Source: an uncultured Devosiaceae bacterium (GTDB lineage: Bacteria > Pseudomonadota > Alphaproteobacteria > Rhizobiales > Devosiaceae). From it: a stretch of 53,711 nt of DNA. The notes beneath the pieces are model-generated. The model was not told the DNA's origin, did not search any database, and saw nothing but the letters and a program-made list of their open reading frames with translations. Both the position numbers and the translations under genes were made by a program. Each line of letters opens with the position of its first letter. The first letter of the stretch is position 1. This document shows, one piece after another, positions 35,504 to 45,100 of the stretch. The stretch spans positions 1 through 53,711 of the forward strand of contig CAZKTH010000001.1 in NCBI GenBank assembly GCA_964555575.1, written 5' to 3'.

Positions 35504-36817
35504 ATGAACTACAACAAACTCAGAAGAACGCTTGCGGCCATCGCCGCGGCAGGCGTGATCGCGGCACCGGCAGCCGTTCTGGCTGCCGAAGACAGCATCA
35601 CCATCGGCATGCTGAGTGCTTTCACCGGGGCGTTCGCCTCGTTCGGACAGCTGCAGAAGGAAGGCGCGGTGCTGGCGCTCGAGCAGTGGGACTACACCGC
35701 TGGCGGCAAGACCATCAAGATGATCTATGCCGACGACCAGCTCGACAACGAACTGGCCGTCACCAAGGCCAAGCAGCTCGTCGAGCAGGACAAGGTCGAC
35801 GTCGTCACCGGTCTGGTGTCCGGCGACGAGGGTCTGTCGGTCGGCGCCTATATGAAGGGCAAGGACATTCCGGTCGTGCCCATGTACTCGGCCTCCGAGG
35901 ACATGACCATGCGCGAATGGTATTCCTTCATCGTTCGCCCGACCTGGACCGGCGCCCAGCCCATGGACGTTTTCGGCTACTGGCTTGCCAAGGAAAAGGG
36001 TCTCAAGAAGATCTACATGATCGGCGAGGACTACTCCTATCCCTACAATCAGGCCGGCGGCTTCAAGCGCGGTTTCCTCAGGGGCGGCGGCGAGGAAGTG
36101 ACCACCATCTGGCACCCGGTGCCGACCTCGGACTATTCCTCGATCATCGCCTCGATCCCGCTCGATCAGGGCTATGACGCCGTGCTCTACAACGGCGCCG
36201 GCTCGGACGCGGTGGCCTTCGTCAAGCAGTATGTCGAATTCGGCATGCAGAACCAGATTCCGCTGCTCGGCCAGTCCAACACCTTCGAAAAGCCGGATCT
36301 CGATTCCATGCCGACGGCCATTGTCGGTTCGTACTCGGCACACCTGACCGCCGACGACATGAACACGCCCAACTGGAACAAGTTCCGTGATGCTTTCGTG
36401 GAACGCTGGGGCCACAGCCCGTCGGCCGCTTCCGAGTTCGCCTATGGCTCGATGGAACTGATCCTCAGGGCGATTGACGCGCTTTCCGGCAATGTCGCGG
36501 ACAAGGCTGCCCTGATCGAGGCCATGAGAAACGTCAATCTCACCGACGAGCCGCGCGGACCCGTGACGCTCGACGAATACAATGCGGCGGTCGAGAACGT
36601 CTATATCCGCGAAGTCGCCCTCGCCGACGACGGCACCATGTACAACAAGGGTCTGTTCACCGCCGAGGCCGTGAGCCAGTTCGGGCCCTATGACTCCGTG
36701 GTCTACATGGCCGAGCCGGCCGACGGCCGCGACGAGCCGACCGGACTGCGCAGCAAGATGCCCGAAGAAATGCTGAACGTTGCGAAGGACTACCAGTTCG
36801 TGCCCTTCGGGCAGTAG
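35504..36817 (+). CDS. Periplasmic substrate-binding protein, Leu/Ile/Val-binding (Peripla_BP_6-like) type
   Basis: Signal peptide MNYNKLRRTLAAIAAAGVIAAPAAVLA, then ITIGMLSAFTGAFASFGQ...GAVLALEQ..., the typical LivK-type pattern. AAGGAGGAGGAG RBS. Confidence 0.85.
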   Translation: MNYNKLRRTLAAIAAAGVIAAPAAVLAAEDSITIGMLSAFTGAFASFGQLQKEGAVLALEQWDYTAGGKTIKMIYADDQLDNELAVTKAKQLVEQDKVDVVTGLVSGDEGLSVGAYMKGKDIPVVPMYSASEDMTMREWYSFIVRPTWTGAQPMDVFGYWLAKEKGLKKIYMIGEDYSYPYNQAGGFKRGFLRGGGEEVTTIWHPVPTSDYSSIIASIPLDQGYDAVLYNGAGSDAVAFVKQYVEFGMQNQIPLLGQSNTFEKPDLDSMPTAIVGSYSAHLTADDMNTPNWNKFRDAFVERWGHSPSAASEFAYGSMELILRAIDALSGNVADKAALIEAMRNVNLTDEPRGPVTLDEYNAAVENVYIREVALADDGTMYNKGLFTAEAVSQFGPYDSVVYMAEPADGRDEPTGLRSKMPEEMLNVAKDYQFVPFGQ

Positions 36818-36844
36818 GTGCTTTCCCGGTAGCATGGTGCATCA

Positions 36845-37609
36845 ATGACCAACCCCGATCAGAAGCTCGCCATCGTCACCCGGCAGGTGTCCAAGACCTT
36901 CGGCGGCGTCAAGGCGGTCCAGGGCGTGGATCTTTCCATTGCCGTGGGCGAACGGCGTGCCCTGATCGGGCCGAACGGTGCCGGCAAGTCGACGCTGTTC
37001 AATCTGATCACCGGAGAAATTCCGGTCGACAACGGACAAATCGAAGTTCTCGGCCGGGACGCGACCCGCCTCAGCGTACAGCGTCGCGCCCGGCTGGGGC
37101 TGGGACGCACCTACCAGATTTCCCAGCTTTTTCTCAATCTGACGGTAGAACAGGGCCTGTTCCTCGCCTGCGGGGCAGGAACCGGCATCGCCTTTTCCAT
37201 GTTCAGCCGATGGCGCGATCGCGGCGAGGATCTCGAATGGATCCGCGACGTGGCCGAACAGGTCGGCCTGACCGAGCATCTTCATCGAACCGTCGGCGAA
37301 CTGGCGCATGGGCTTCAACGCCAGCTCGAACTCGGCATGGCGCTCGCCATGCGCCCCAGGCTCGTCATGCTCGACGAGCCGGCAGCGGGACTTTCCCCGG
37401 CCGAACGCCAGACGCTTGTGGGGCTCATCCTCAAGATGGCGCCCGACATCACACTCATCCTGATCGAGCATGACATGGACATCGTCATGGAACTGGCACA
37501 GCGCATCACCGTGTTGCATCGGGGCGCCGTGATCACGGAGGGCACGCCCGAGGAAATCCGCCAGGACGAGACGGTGCAGCGCATCTACCTGGGAGAGGTC
37601 CATGCCTGA
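36845..37609 (+). CDS. HAAT-family ABC ATPase, LivG-like
   Basis: Walker A GPNGAGKST, Walker B LVMLDEPAAGL, and a LivG-type C-terminus (YLGE). Confidence 0.9.
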   Translation: MTNPDQKLAIVTRQVSKTFGGVKAVQGVDLSIAVGERRALIGPNGAGKSTLFNLITGEIPVDNGQIEVLGRDATRLSVQRRARLGLGRTYQISQLFLNLTVEQGLFLACGAGTGIAFSMFSRWRDRGEDLEWIRDVAEQVGLTEHLHRTVGELAHGLQRQLELGMALAMRPRLVMLDEPAAGLSPAERQTLVGLILKMAPDITLILIEHDMDIVMELAQRITVLHRGAVITEGTPEEIRQDETVQRIYLGEVHA

Positions 37610-38324
37610 CACCGCCGCCACCGCGCCGGTTCTCGTTCTCGAGGATCTGCATGCCTCCTATGGCGAAAGCCACGTCTTGCAGGGCTGTTCGCTTACCGTC
37701 GGCCACGAATGCGTCACGGTTCTGGGACGCAACGGCATGGGCAAGACGACGCTGCTGCGCGCCATTCTCGGTCTGACCCCGCCGAGTTCGGGACGCGTGC
37801 TGCTGAACGGCGAGGAGATGACCCATCTCAAGCCGTTCCAGATCGCCGAACACGGCATCGGCTACGTGCCGCAGGGACGGCGCCTTTTTCAGTCGCTGAC
37901 GGTGCAGGAACACCTCACCCTGACCTACGCTGCCAGACGCGGGACGGACGAATGGACGCCCAAGCGGGTGTTCGACCTGTTCCCCGAACTGTGGGACCGG
38001 CGGAACATCAGCGGCACGCGCCTTTCCGGCGGCGAACAGCAGATGCTGGCGATCGGCCGGGCGCTGGTCACCAATCCCAGGATCCTGATGCTGGACGAAC
38101 CGTCCGAAGGATTGTCGCCGGTTGCCAATGAGCGGGTCATCGAAACCTGCCGGACGTTGCAGCGCGAAGGACTCTCGGTGTTGCTCGTCGAACAGAATAT
38201 CCACGTCGCCGAAGCGCTGGCGGACCGCATCTACGTCATCCTGAGCGGCAGGACCGTTTACGAATCCCCTGCCCCGGAATTCCTCTCGAACCGGGAGCTC
38301 CGGCAGAAATATCTCGGTGTTTGA
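37602..38324 (+). CDS. HAAT-family ABC ATPase, LivF-like
   Basis: GRNGMGKTT, LSGGEQQMLAIGRAL, ILMLDEPSEGL, and the C-terminal YLGV. Confidence 0.9.
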   Translation: MPDTAATAPVLVLEDLHASYGESHVLQGCSLTVGHECVTVLGRNGMGKTTLLRAILGLTPPSSGRVLLNGEEMTHLKPFQIAEHGIGYVPQGRRLFQSLTVQEHLTLTYAARRGTDEWTPKRVFDLFPELWDRRNISGTRLSGGEQQMLAIGRALVTNPRILMLDEPSEGLSPVANERVIETCRTLQREGLSVLLVEQNIHVAEALADRIYVILSGRTVYESPAPEFLSNRELRQKYLGV

Positions 38325-38336
38325 AGGAGAAAATCC

Positions 38337-39554
38337 ATGAAAACCGTCGCAATTGTGGGAACGCTTGATACCAAGGGCGCCGAGTTCGGCTTCCTCAAGG
38401 CCGAGATCGAACGGCATGGCTGCGCCACCCTGGTGCTCGATGCGGGCGTTTCGGGCAAGCCGGCCTTTGCCCCGGATGTCACCGCCGAGGAAATCTGTGC
38501 CGAGGGCGAAAACACCATCTCGTCGCTGCAGGCGCTCGAGCGTGGCGCCGCTCTCGACATCATGGCCAGGATGCTGCCGGTCGCCGTGAAGCGCTTGTTC
38601 GAGCAGGGGCGGTTCGACGGCATCATTTCGATGGGCGGCGGCGGCGGTACGGCCCTCGGCACAAGTGCCATGCGGCCACTGCCCATCGGCGTGCCCAAAA
38701 TCATGGTGTCGACCCTCGCTGCGGCCGATACCAGTCCCTATGTCGGTTCGAGCGACATCATCATGATGCCCTCGATCGTCGACGTCTCGGGGCTCAACCG
38801 TATTTCGCAAACGATCTTCGCCAATGCCGCCGCGGCGATCTGCGGCATGGTTGCGAACAGGGACGAAGCGCCGGCGGCTGCCGATGAGCGTCCGCTCGTT
38901 GCCGCCTCGATGTTCGGCAATACCACGCGTGCCGTCGATCATGCGCGCAAGCTCATCGAGCAAGCGGGCTACGAGGTCCTGGTCTTTCACGCCACCGGCG
39001 CCGGCGGGCGGACAATGGAACGCCTGATCGGCGAAGGCTATTTCGCCGGCGTTCTCGACATCACCACAACCGAATGGGCCGACGAATTGTGCGGCGGCGC
39101 CCTCAGCGCCGGACCGGCGCGTCTCGATGCGGCGGCGGCGGCAGGCGTTCCGCAGGTGGTGACGCCAGCCTGCATCGACATGTGCAATTTCTGGGCGCCG
39201 GAGACCATTCCGTCCCGCTATGGCGACCGCAAGTTCCATCACTGGAGCCCGAACGTCACGCTGATGCGGACCACACCGGAGGAGAACGCCGCCATCGGGC
39301 GCGTTTTCGCCGAAAAGCTGTCGACCGCCGCGGGACCGGTTGCCGTACTCGTGCCGATGAAGGGGTTCTCCGAAATCGATGCGCCGGACAAGCAGTTCTG
39401 GTGGCCCGAAGCCGACCAGGCATTCGTCGATGCACTGCGCGCCGGGCTCCGTCCGGACATCCCGGTGATGCTGCTCGACTACAACGTCAACGACGCGGAA
39501 TTCGCCGAACAGGCGGCAAACACGCTGCTGCAAATGCTGAACAAAAGGAAGTGA
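38337..39554 (+). CDS. UPF0261-family protein (Tm-1 N-terminal-domain-like, putative nucleotide-binding)
   Basis: [21 protein letters not shown]..., MGGGGGT, MFGNTT and [12 protein letters not shown] are the characteristic UPF0261 pattern as I recall it. GAAGGAGA RBS. 12 nt after the livF-like stop. Confidence 0.8.
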   Translation: MKTVAIVGTLDTKGAEFGFLKAEIERHGCATLVLDAGVSGKPAFAPDVTAEEICAEGENTISSLQALERGAALDIMARMLPVAVKRLFEQGRFDGIISMGGGGGTALGTSAMRPLPIGVPKIMVSTLAAADTSPYVGSSDIIMMPSIVDVSGLNRISQTIFANAAAAICGMVANRDEAPAAADERPLVAASMFGNTTRAVDHARKLIEQAGYEVLVFHATGAGGRTMERLIGEGYFAGVLDITTTEWADELCGGALSAGPARLDAAAAAGVPQVVTPACIDMCNFWAPETIPSRYGDRKFHHWSPNVTLMRTTPEENAAIGRVFAEKLSTAAGPVAVLVPMKGFSEIDAPDKQFWWPEADQAFVDALRAGLRPDIPVMLLDYNVNDAEFAEQAANTLLQMLNKRK

Positions 39555-39558
39555 CAAA

Positions 39559-40392
39559 ATGGCCATCGCACGAGCGGACATCCTGCGGAAACTGAACGAG
39601 CAGGCAAAGGCGGGCATCCCAATCGTCGGGGGTGGCGCCGGCACCGGCATTTCGGCCAAATGCGAAGAAGCCGGCGGCGTCGACCTCCTGGTGATCTACA
39701 ATACCGGCCGCTACCGCATGGCGGGACGCGTCTCGATCACCGGTCTTTTCGCCTATGGCGACGCCAACCAGATTGTCGTCGAGATGGCGGGCGAGGTCCT
39801 GCCCGTGGTCAAGAAGACCCCCGTCCTGGCCGGGGTGAACGCGACCGACCCGTTCCGGTCGATGCCGGTCTTTCTGAAGCAGATCAAGGAACTCGGATTC
39901 TCGGGCGTGCAGAACTTCCCGACCGTCGGCCTGTTCGACGGCAGGATGCGGGCGAACATGGAAGCGACCGGACTCGGCTATGCCAAGGAGGTCGAGATGA
40001 TCCGCCTCGCCCACGAGATGGATCTGCTCACCACGCCCTATGTCTTCAATGCGGAAGAGGCAAAGGCCATGGCCGAAGCCGGCGCCGATATCATCGTCGC
40101 CCATGTCGGCCTGACGACCGGCGGCTCGATCGGCGCCGCCGACGCCTTCTCCCTGGACGACGCGATCGATACCACGCTCAAGATCGCCGCGGCCGCCCGT
40201 TCGGTTCGTCCGGACCTCCTGATCATCTGCCACGGCGGGCCCTTCGACGAGCCGGAGAACGTGGCCGAGGCGATGAAACGCATGCCGGGCATCAATGGCT
40301 TTTTCGGCGCTTCCAGCATGGAACGGCTTCCTGTCGAGCGGGCCATCACCGCTCAGGTGGCGAAATTCAAGGAAATGCGGCTGACGCGATAG
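39559..40392 (+). CDS. PEP-hydrolase-like TIM-barrel protein (Tm-1 C-terminal-domain-like)
   Basis: [27 protein letters not shown]..., [16 protein letters not shown] and [17 protein letters not shown], the family pattern as I recall it. 4 nt after the UPF0261 stop. Confidence 0.75.
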   Translation: MAIARADILRKLNEQAKAGIPIVGGGAGTGISAKCEEAGGVDLLVIYNTGRYRMAGRVSITGLFAYGDANQIVVEMAGEVLPVVKKTPVLAGVNATDPFRSMPVFLKQIKELGFSGVQNFPTVGLFDGRMRANMEATGLGYAKEVEMIRLAHEMDLLTTPYVFNAEEAKAMAEAGADIIVAHVGLTTGGSIGAADAFSLDDAIDTTLKIAAAARSVRPDLLIICHGGPFDEPENVAEAMKRMPGINGFFGASSMERLPVERAITAQVAKFKEMRLTR

Positions 40393-40585
40393 CGTTCGCC
40401 GTCATTCGGTCTCCCGGGGACGCGGCAAGAGCGTCGGACCGCGCGGCCAGACGCGAAAGAGGCAGAAAGTCCTCCCTTCTGCGAGCTTTCGCAAGTGCCG
40501 AGCGGTCCGCGGTTTTTCCGGACTTCGCGCGCAATGCGATGCTTTTCCCGGCTGCATGCGGCCATCGACATATCCAGCCCGCCAT

Positions 40586-40690
40586 TGGAGCATTTTCCGT
40601 TCTGATGGAATCAGAACGGAAGCTCCAGGTTATCGAGTGGTCGCGTTTTCGAACCGGCGAACCGGTATCCACTTCGCCTGAAAACGCTCT
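40586..40690 (-). repeat. Intergenic hairpin repeat, module A (copy 2, inverted relative to copy 1)
   Basis: The reverse complement matches 11401-11505 with 4 mismatches in 105 nt. It contains a perfect 11-bp stem TCCGTTCTGAT-TCC-ATCAGAACGGA. Confidence 0.9.
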
Positions 40691-40733
40691 TCGTAAAAAA
40701 AATGCCGGCTGACCGGCACAGTCGGAACAAGAG

Positions 40734-41123
40734 ATGATCTACGGGCTTTTCGTGCTCTTCGTCAGCCAGCTCGTCGGCGAGGTTGTCGCGCGTTGGCTCG
40801 GGCTGGCGCTTCCGGGGCCGGCCATCGGCATCCCGATCCTGCTCGTCTGGCTCTTCGTCCTGTCGCGGCTCCGGCGCGTCGGTCACAACCGGGATGACAT
40901 CCTGGACGAGGGGGCGATCGGCAAGGCTGCCGACGGCCTGATCGCCTATCTCGGCCTTTTCTTCGTGCCGGCGGGCGTCGGCGTCGTCCAGCATGTCGAC
41001 CTGATCCTTGCCAATGGCGTCGCACTTGTCGTCGCCCTGATCGGCTCGGCGGCCCTGACGCTCGTGGTAACCGTGCTGACCTACCGGCTGGCCGCCCGCC
41101 TGCTGCCGGAAGAGCCGAAATGA
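40734..41123 (+). CDS. lrgA: CidA/LrgA-family holin-like membrane protein
   Basis: 129 aa with 4 TM segments. LVGEVVARWLGLALPGPAIG is typical of LrgA. Its stop overlaps the LrgB start. Confidence 0.8.
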   Translation: MIYGLFVLFVSQLVGEVVARWLGLALPGPAIGIPILLVWLFVLSRLRRVGHNRDDILDEGAIGKAADGLIAYLGLFFVPAGVGVVQHVDLILANGVALVVALIGSAALTLVVTVLTYRLAARLLPEEPK

Positions 41124-41845
41124 ACACCCCGCCTTCCGACAGTGTGTGGGGCGATCTTTCCACCAGCCCGCTTTTGTGGGTCACGGTGACCCTCGGGGTC
41201 TATCTCCTGGCGCAGCGGTTTGCCCGCATCAGCGGCAATCACCCGCTCGTCAATCCGATCCTCATTTCGATCCTTGTCATCGCCGGCATGGTACACCTGA
41301 CCGGCCTGAGCTATGCCGACTACATGGCGGGTGCCGGATTCATCCATTTCCTTCTCGGTCCGGCGACGGTGGCGCTCGGCGTACCGCTCTGGCGCAACCG
41401 CCACATGGTTCGCGAAAGGCTCGTTCCGATTCTTGCGGCGCTGGCGGTCGGCGCGCCCTTCGCCATTCTGTCGGCGGTCTTCATTTCGGCCTGGCTTGGC
41501 GCTCCCCGATCCGTGCAGCTGGCGCTGGCACCCAAATCCGCCACGGCGGGCTTCGCGGTGGGAATTGCCGGCCAGATCGGCGCGGAACCGTCGCTGACGG
41601 CCGTGCTGGTCATCTTCACCGGCATCATCGGCGCCATCATCGTCACGCCGCTCATGAACACCCTCGGCATCAAGGACTACACGGCACGCGGATTTGCCGT
41701 CGGCCTCACCGCGCACGGGATCGGCACCGTCCGGGCCTTTCAGGTCAATGCCGTTGCCGGCACTTTTTCCGGGTTGGCCATGACGCTCAACGGCATGCTG
41801 ACCGCAGCGCTGGCCCCGATCCTCGTCGGCTGGCTCGTCGGCTGA
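41120..41845 (+). CDS. lrgB: LrgB-family membrane protein
   Basis: NPILISILVI, LGPATVALGVPL, APKSATAGFAVGIA and TGIIGAI, the LrgB pattern. Confidence 0.85.
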   Translation: MNTPPSDSVWGDLSTSPLLWVTVTLGVYLLAQRFARISGNHPLVNPILISILVIAGMVHLTGLSYADYMAGAGFIHFLLGPATVALGVPLWRNRHMVRERLVPILAALAVGAPFAILSAVFISAWLGAPRSVQLALAPKSATAGFAVGIAGQIGAEPSLTAVLVIFTGIIGAIIVTPLMNTLGIKDYTARGFAVGLTAHGIGTVRAFQVNAVAGTFSGLAMTLNGMLTAALAPILVGWLVG

Positions 41846-42078
41846 GACCAAGGGCTGCAATGGCTCACGGGGGAGCCCCATGCGGCTGGATGCCGACGCT
41901 TGCGGCGAGCGAAACCGAGGACGGATCGGCGGGGTTGCCGCCATGGCCGATTTCCGTTCAGCCGCGGCCGGCCCGATCCGGATGGATTCCCGCCTGCCCT
42001 TGCGCCCTTCAACCGCGCCATCGCCAGCCGGCCAGGCACCGGCAAGCGCGTCTGCGCGGGTCCTTCATGCCTTGCCCG

Positions 42079-42178
42079 GAGCATCGTGCGCAAAAGTGGG
42101 TCCCGGTTCTGCGCAACGAACAATGCGACAACAAGAACATGGAGCGGCGAAGCGATTCAACTTGAACGCGCGCCGCTC
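42079..42178 (+). repeat. Intergenic hairpin repeat, module B (copy 3), abutting the stop codon of the convergent dehydrogenase gene
   Basis: See copies 1 and 2. The last base of the repeat (42178) is the first base of the TAG stop (42178-42180, minus strand). Confidence 0.9.
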
Positions 42179-43236
42179 TAATCGGCGGCGAACGTCAGCT
42201 GGACCTTTACCGCCTTGCTTCTGTCCAGGGCGATCTGAAACGCTTCCTGCACGTTTTCGAGCGGGAAACGGTGCGTCACAACTTTGGCCAGCGGCAGATC
42301 GCCCGAATTGATCAACGCCACCGCTTCGGCGAACTCGCGATGGAACCGATGCGTGCCGACAAGGTTGATTTCCTTGGCGACCAACTGGTTCAGCGGCATG
42401 GGAACGTCACCCGTGACACCGACCTGCACGATCGTGCCGAGCGGACGCACCGTCTGTATTGCGGCACGTATTGCCGCGCTTGCGGCCGAGCACTCGAATG
42501 CCAGATCGAACTGCCCCTTGTCTTTCATCCAGGGATCGAGCCCGGCGCTTTGTGTCGACACATTGATTGTCCGCGTCGCGCCGACCTGCCCGGCCACGCC
42601 AAGCACATTGTCCTCGATATCGGTGACGACGACTTCGTCGGCGCCGAAATGGCGCGCCAGCGCCGCGCACAACACGCCGATCGGGCCGGCGCCGGTAACC
42701 AGAACGCGCTTGCCGTTGATCGGGCCGGCGATCTGACTGGCCCGGCCGATGGCGCGAAGACACACCGACAGGGGTTCGGCAAGCGCCGCTTCATGCAATG
42801 AAATCCCCTCGGCAATCGGATGGCACTGACTGGCGCCGATGACCAGCCGGTCGCGGAACATGCCCTGTTCGTGCGGCAGGCGTATCGCCGAACCCTTGAA
42901 ACGCATTTCGAGGCAATGCTGGTAGTTGCCGGCCTTGCAGTGCACGCAGGTACCGCAGGGGTGGGAGGGATTGAGGGCAACCCTGTCGCCGACGCCGACC
43001 GTGTCCACCCCCGGCCCGCAGGCTATTACGGTTCCGGCGACCTCATGGCCGAGAATGATCGGCTCGCGCACCCTTATGGTGCCGATGCCGCCGTCACGCC
43101 AATAGTGCAGGTCCGAACCGCAAATGCCGCCGGCACCGACCTGAATCTGAACCTCGTCGCGCCCGGGGGTCGGAACGGGCTGACTCTCTATGCGGAGATC
43201 GTTCTTGCCGTGCAACCGGCAGATGCGTGTTTGCAT
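42178..43236 (-). CDS. Zinc-dependent dehydrogenase, L-idonate 5-dehydrogenase/sorbitol DH-like
   Basis: GICGSDLHYWRDGGIG, GHEVAGTV, CGTCVHCKAGNYQHC, VTGAGPIG. ATG at 43236. The remainder of the 812-aa ORF is an alternate frame across dctM. Confidence 0.85.
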   Translation of the reverse strand: MQTRICRLHGKNDLRIESQPVPTPGRDEVQIQVGAGGICGSDLHYWRDGGIGTIRVREPIILGHEVAGTVIACGPGVDTVGVGDRVALNPSHPCGTCVHCKAGNYQHCLEMRFKGSAIRLPHEQGMFRDRLVIGASQCHPIAEGISLHEAALAEPLSVCLRAIGRASQIAGPINGKRVLVTGAGPIGVLCAALARHFGADEVVVTDIEDNVLGVAGQVGATRTINVSTQSAGLDPWMKDKGQFDLAFECSAASAAIRAAIQTVRPLGTIVQVGVTGDVPMPLNQLVAKEINLVGTHRFHREFAEAVALINSGDLPLAKVVTHRFPLENVQEAFQIALDRSKAVKVQLTFAAD

Positions 43237-43244
43237 GTTTGTAC

Positions 43245-44522
43245 CTAGCGCGTGAGAACCGAGGGCAGCCAGGTCGCGATCTCGGGAACGTAGGAGACCA
43301 ACAGCAGGACGCCGATATTGGTCAAAAGGAACGGCCAGATGGCACGAACCACGGGCATCAGCGGCAGGCGGGCGATGCCGGAGACGACGAAAAGGCAAAC
43401 CCCGACCGGCGGGGTCGTCAGCCCGATCATGAGATTGAGGACCGCGAAGGTGGCGAAATGGAGCGGCTCTATCCCGACCGCCTGCGCGAGCGACAGCAGG
43501 GGAACGAACAGGATGATCAGCGCCGCGATGGTCTCCATGAACATGCCGACGAACAGCAGCAATATGTTGATGATCAGGATCACCGCATATTTGTTGTCGG
43601 TGATGCCGAGCACGGCATTGGCGATGGCCTGGGGAATGTGTTCGGCAACCAGAATCCAGCCGAAGACATTGGCGAACCCGACCAGAGCCAGAATGCCCGC
43701 CGAGGAAATGGCACTGTCGACGAGAATCTTCGGAACCGCCTTGATCGGCAGCTCGCGATAGATGAACGCCCCGACGAAAAAGGCGTAGACGCTGGCGACA
43801 ACCGCCGTCTCGGTCGGCGTCGCCAGTCCACTCAACAGGCCGTAGATGATCAGGAAGGTCATGGCCAGGGCCCAGAAGGCACCCAGGAACGAGCGCGCCA
43901 CCTCGCCCACCCCCATCCATGGCTGACGGGGGAAATTGCGGCGAACCGAAATGATGTAGGTCGTGACCATCATGGCAAGGCCCATCAGGACGCCCGGAAC
44001 CGCACCGGCCATGAACATCTTGCCGACCGAAATGCCCGACAAAGCGCCCACGATGATCATCGGAACGCTTGGTGGAATGATCGGCCCGACCGTGGAAGAC
44101 GCGGCGGTCACGGCGGCCGAGAAATCGCCCGGATAGCCGGCCTTTTTCATGCCCGGGATCAGGACGCTGCCGAGTGAGGCCGCGTCGGCGACGGCGGTGC
44201 CGGTAATGCCGCCGAACAGCATCGATGCGGCGACATTGGTCAATCCGAGGCCGCCACGGATCCACCCCACCAGGGAATTGGCGAAACGGATGATGCGACT
44301 GGTGATGCCGCCGCGATTCATCAGGTTGCCGGCCAGGACGAAGCCGGGAATGGACAAGAGGACGAATACGTCCATGCCCGCATAGATCTTTTGCGGCATG
44401 GCCACCACGGGAATGCCGGTCAGCAAAAGATAGGCCAGCGAAGACAGGCCAAGCGTGATGGTGACCGGGATTCCGACGACAAGACCGACGACGAATACCG
44501 TGATCAGAACCGTGACGGCCAC
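43245..44522 (-). CDS. dctM: TRAP transporter large permease (DctM family)
   Basis: LLSIPGFVLAGNLMNRGGITSRII, TPTETAVVAS. GTG start at 44522, 2 nt after the dctQ stop. Confidence 0.9.
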   Translation of the reverse strand: MAVTVLITVFVVGLVVGIPVTITLGLSSLAYLLLTGIPVVAMPQKIYAGMDVFVLLSIPGFVLAGNLMNRGGITSRIIRFANSLVGWIRGGLGLTNVAASMLFGGITGTAVADAASLGSVLIPGMKKAGYPGDFSAAVTAASSTVGPIIPPSVPMIIVGALSGISVGKMFMAGAVPGVLMGLAMMVTTYIISVRRNFPRQPWMGVGEVARSFLGAFWALAMTFLIIYGLLSGLATPTETAVVASVYAFFVGAFIYRELPIKAVPKILVDSAISSAGILALVGFANVFGWILVAEHIPQAIANAVLGITDNKYAVILIINILLLFVGMFMETIAALIILFVPLLSLAQAVGIEPLHFATFAVLNLMIGLTTPPVGVCLFVVSGIARLPLMPVVRAIWPFLLTNIGVLLLVSYVPEIATWLPSVLTR

Positions 44523-44524
44523 GT

Positions 44525-45028
44525 TCAGTTCTCTCCGGAAATTTGCGGCCGGCCGTCTTCCGCGCCCGCCAGCATGCCGACGACGCGCAGGACTGCGAAC
44601 AGTGCAAGAACGGCAAGCAGCAAGAACATGGTGAAATAGATGAAGCTCATTCTGATCCCCAGAGCGGGCGAGGTCTGCATCTGTCCGATCGAAACGAACC
44701 GCCACGCCTGCGGCAGCAGATAAAGGGTCAGCCCGGCCGTCGCGATGGCCGCAAACAGTCGCAGCCACCAGGGCAGGCGTCCCGGAAGGGCTTCGCAGAC
44801 GACGTCCACATTGACCAGGTCACCCGAACGCAGGGCGAGTCCGGCGCCGAATGCCGCCATGTAGAGAAGGGCATAGCGGGTGAGTTCTTCGGTCCAGACC
44901 AGCGATGAACCGATCAACCGGCCGACAACCTGAAGGAGAACGGCGCCGATCAATACCGAAAAGGCCAGTCCGATACCCAATCGGCAAATGCGTACGAACA
45001 CATCGATCCATCTGCTGGCGGCGCGCAT
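44525..45028 (-). CDS. dctQ: TRAP transporter small permease (DctQ family)
   Basis: 167 aa with 4 TM segments and the motif LVWTEELTRYALLYMAAFGAG. Confidence 0.9.
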   Translation of the reverse strand: MRAASRWIDVFVRICRLGIGLAFSVLIGAVLLQVVGRLIGSSLVWTEELTRYALLYMAAFGAGLALRSGDLVNVDVVCEALPGRLPWWLRLFAAIATAGLTLYLLPQAWRFVSIGQMQTSPALGIRMSFIYFTMFLLLAVLALFAVLRVVGMLAGAEDGRPQISGEN

Positions 45029-45100
45029 CTTTCCCCTTCCCTCGGCCAGGTCCGGCGCCGCCTGGGGCGGCGCCGGATACGGGCATTGGACTTGATACGC

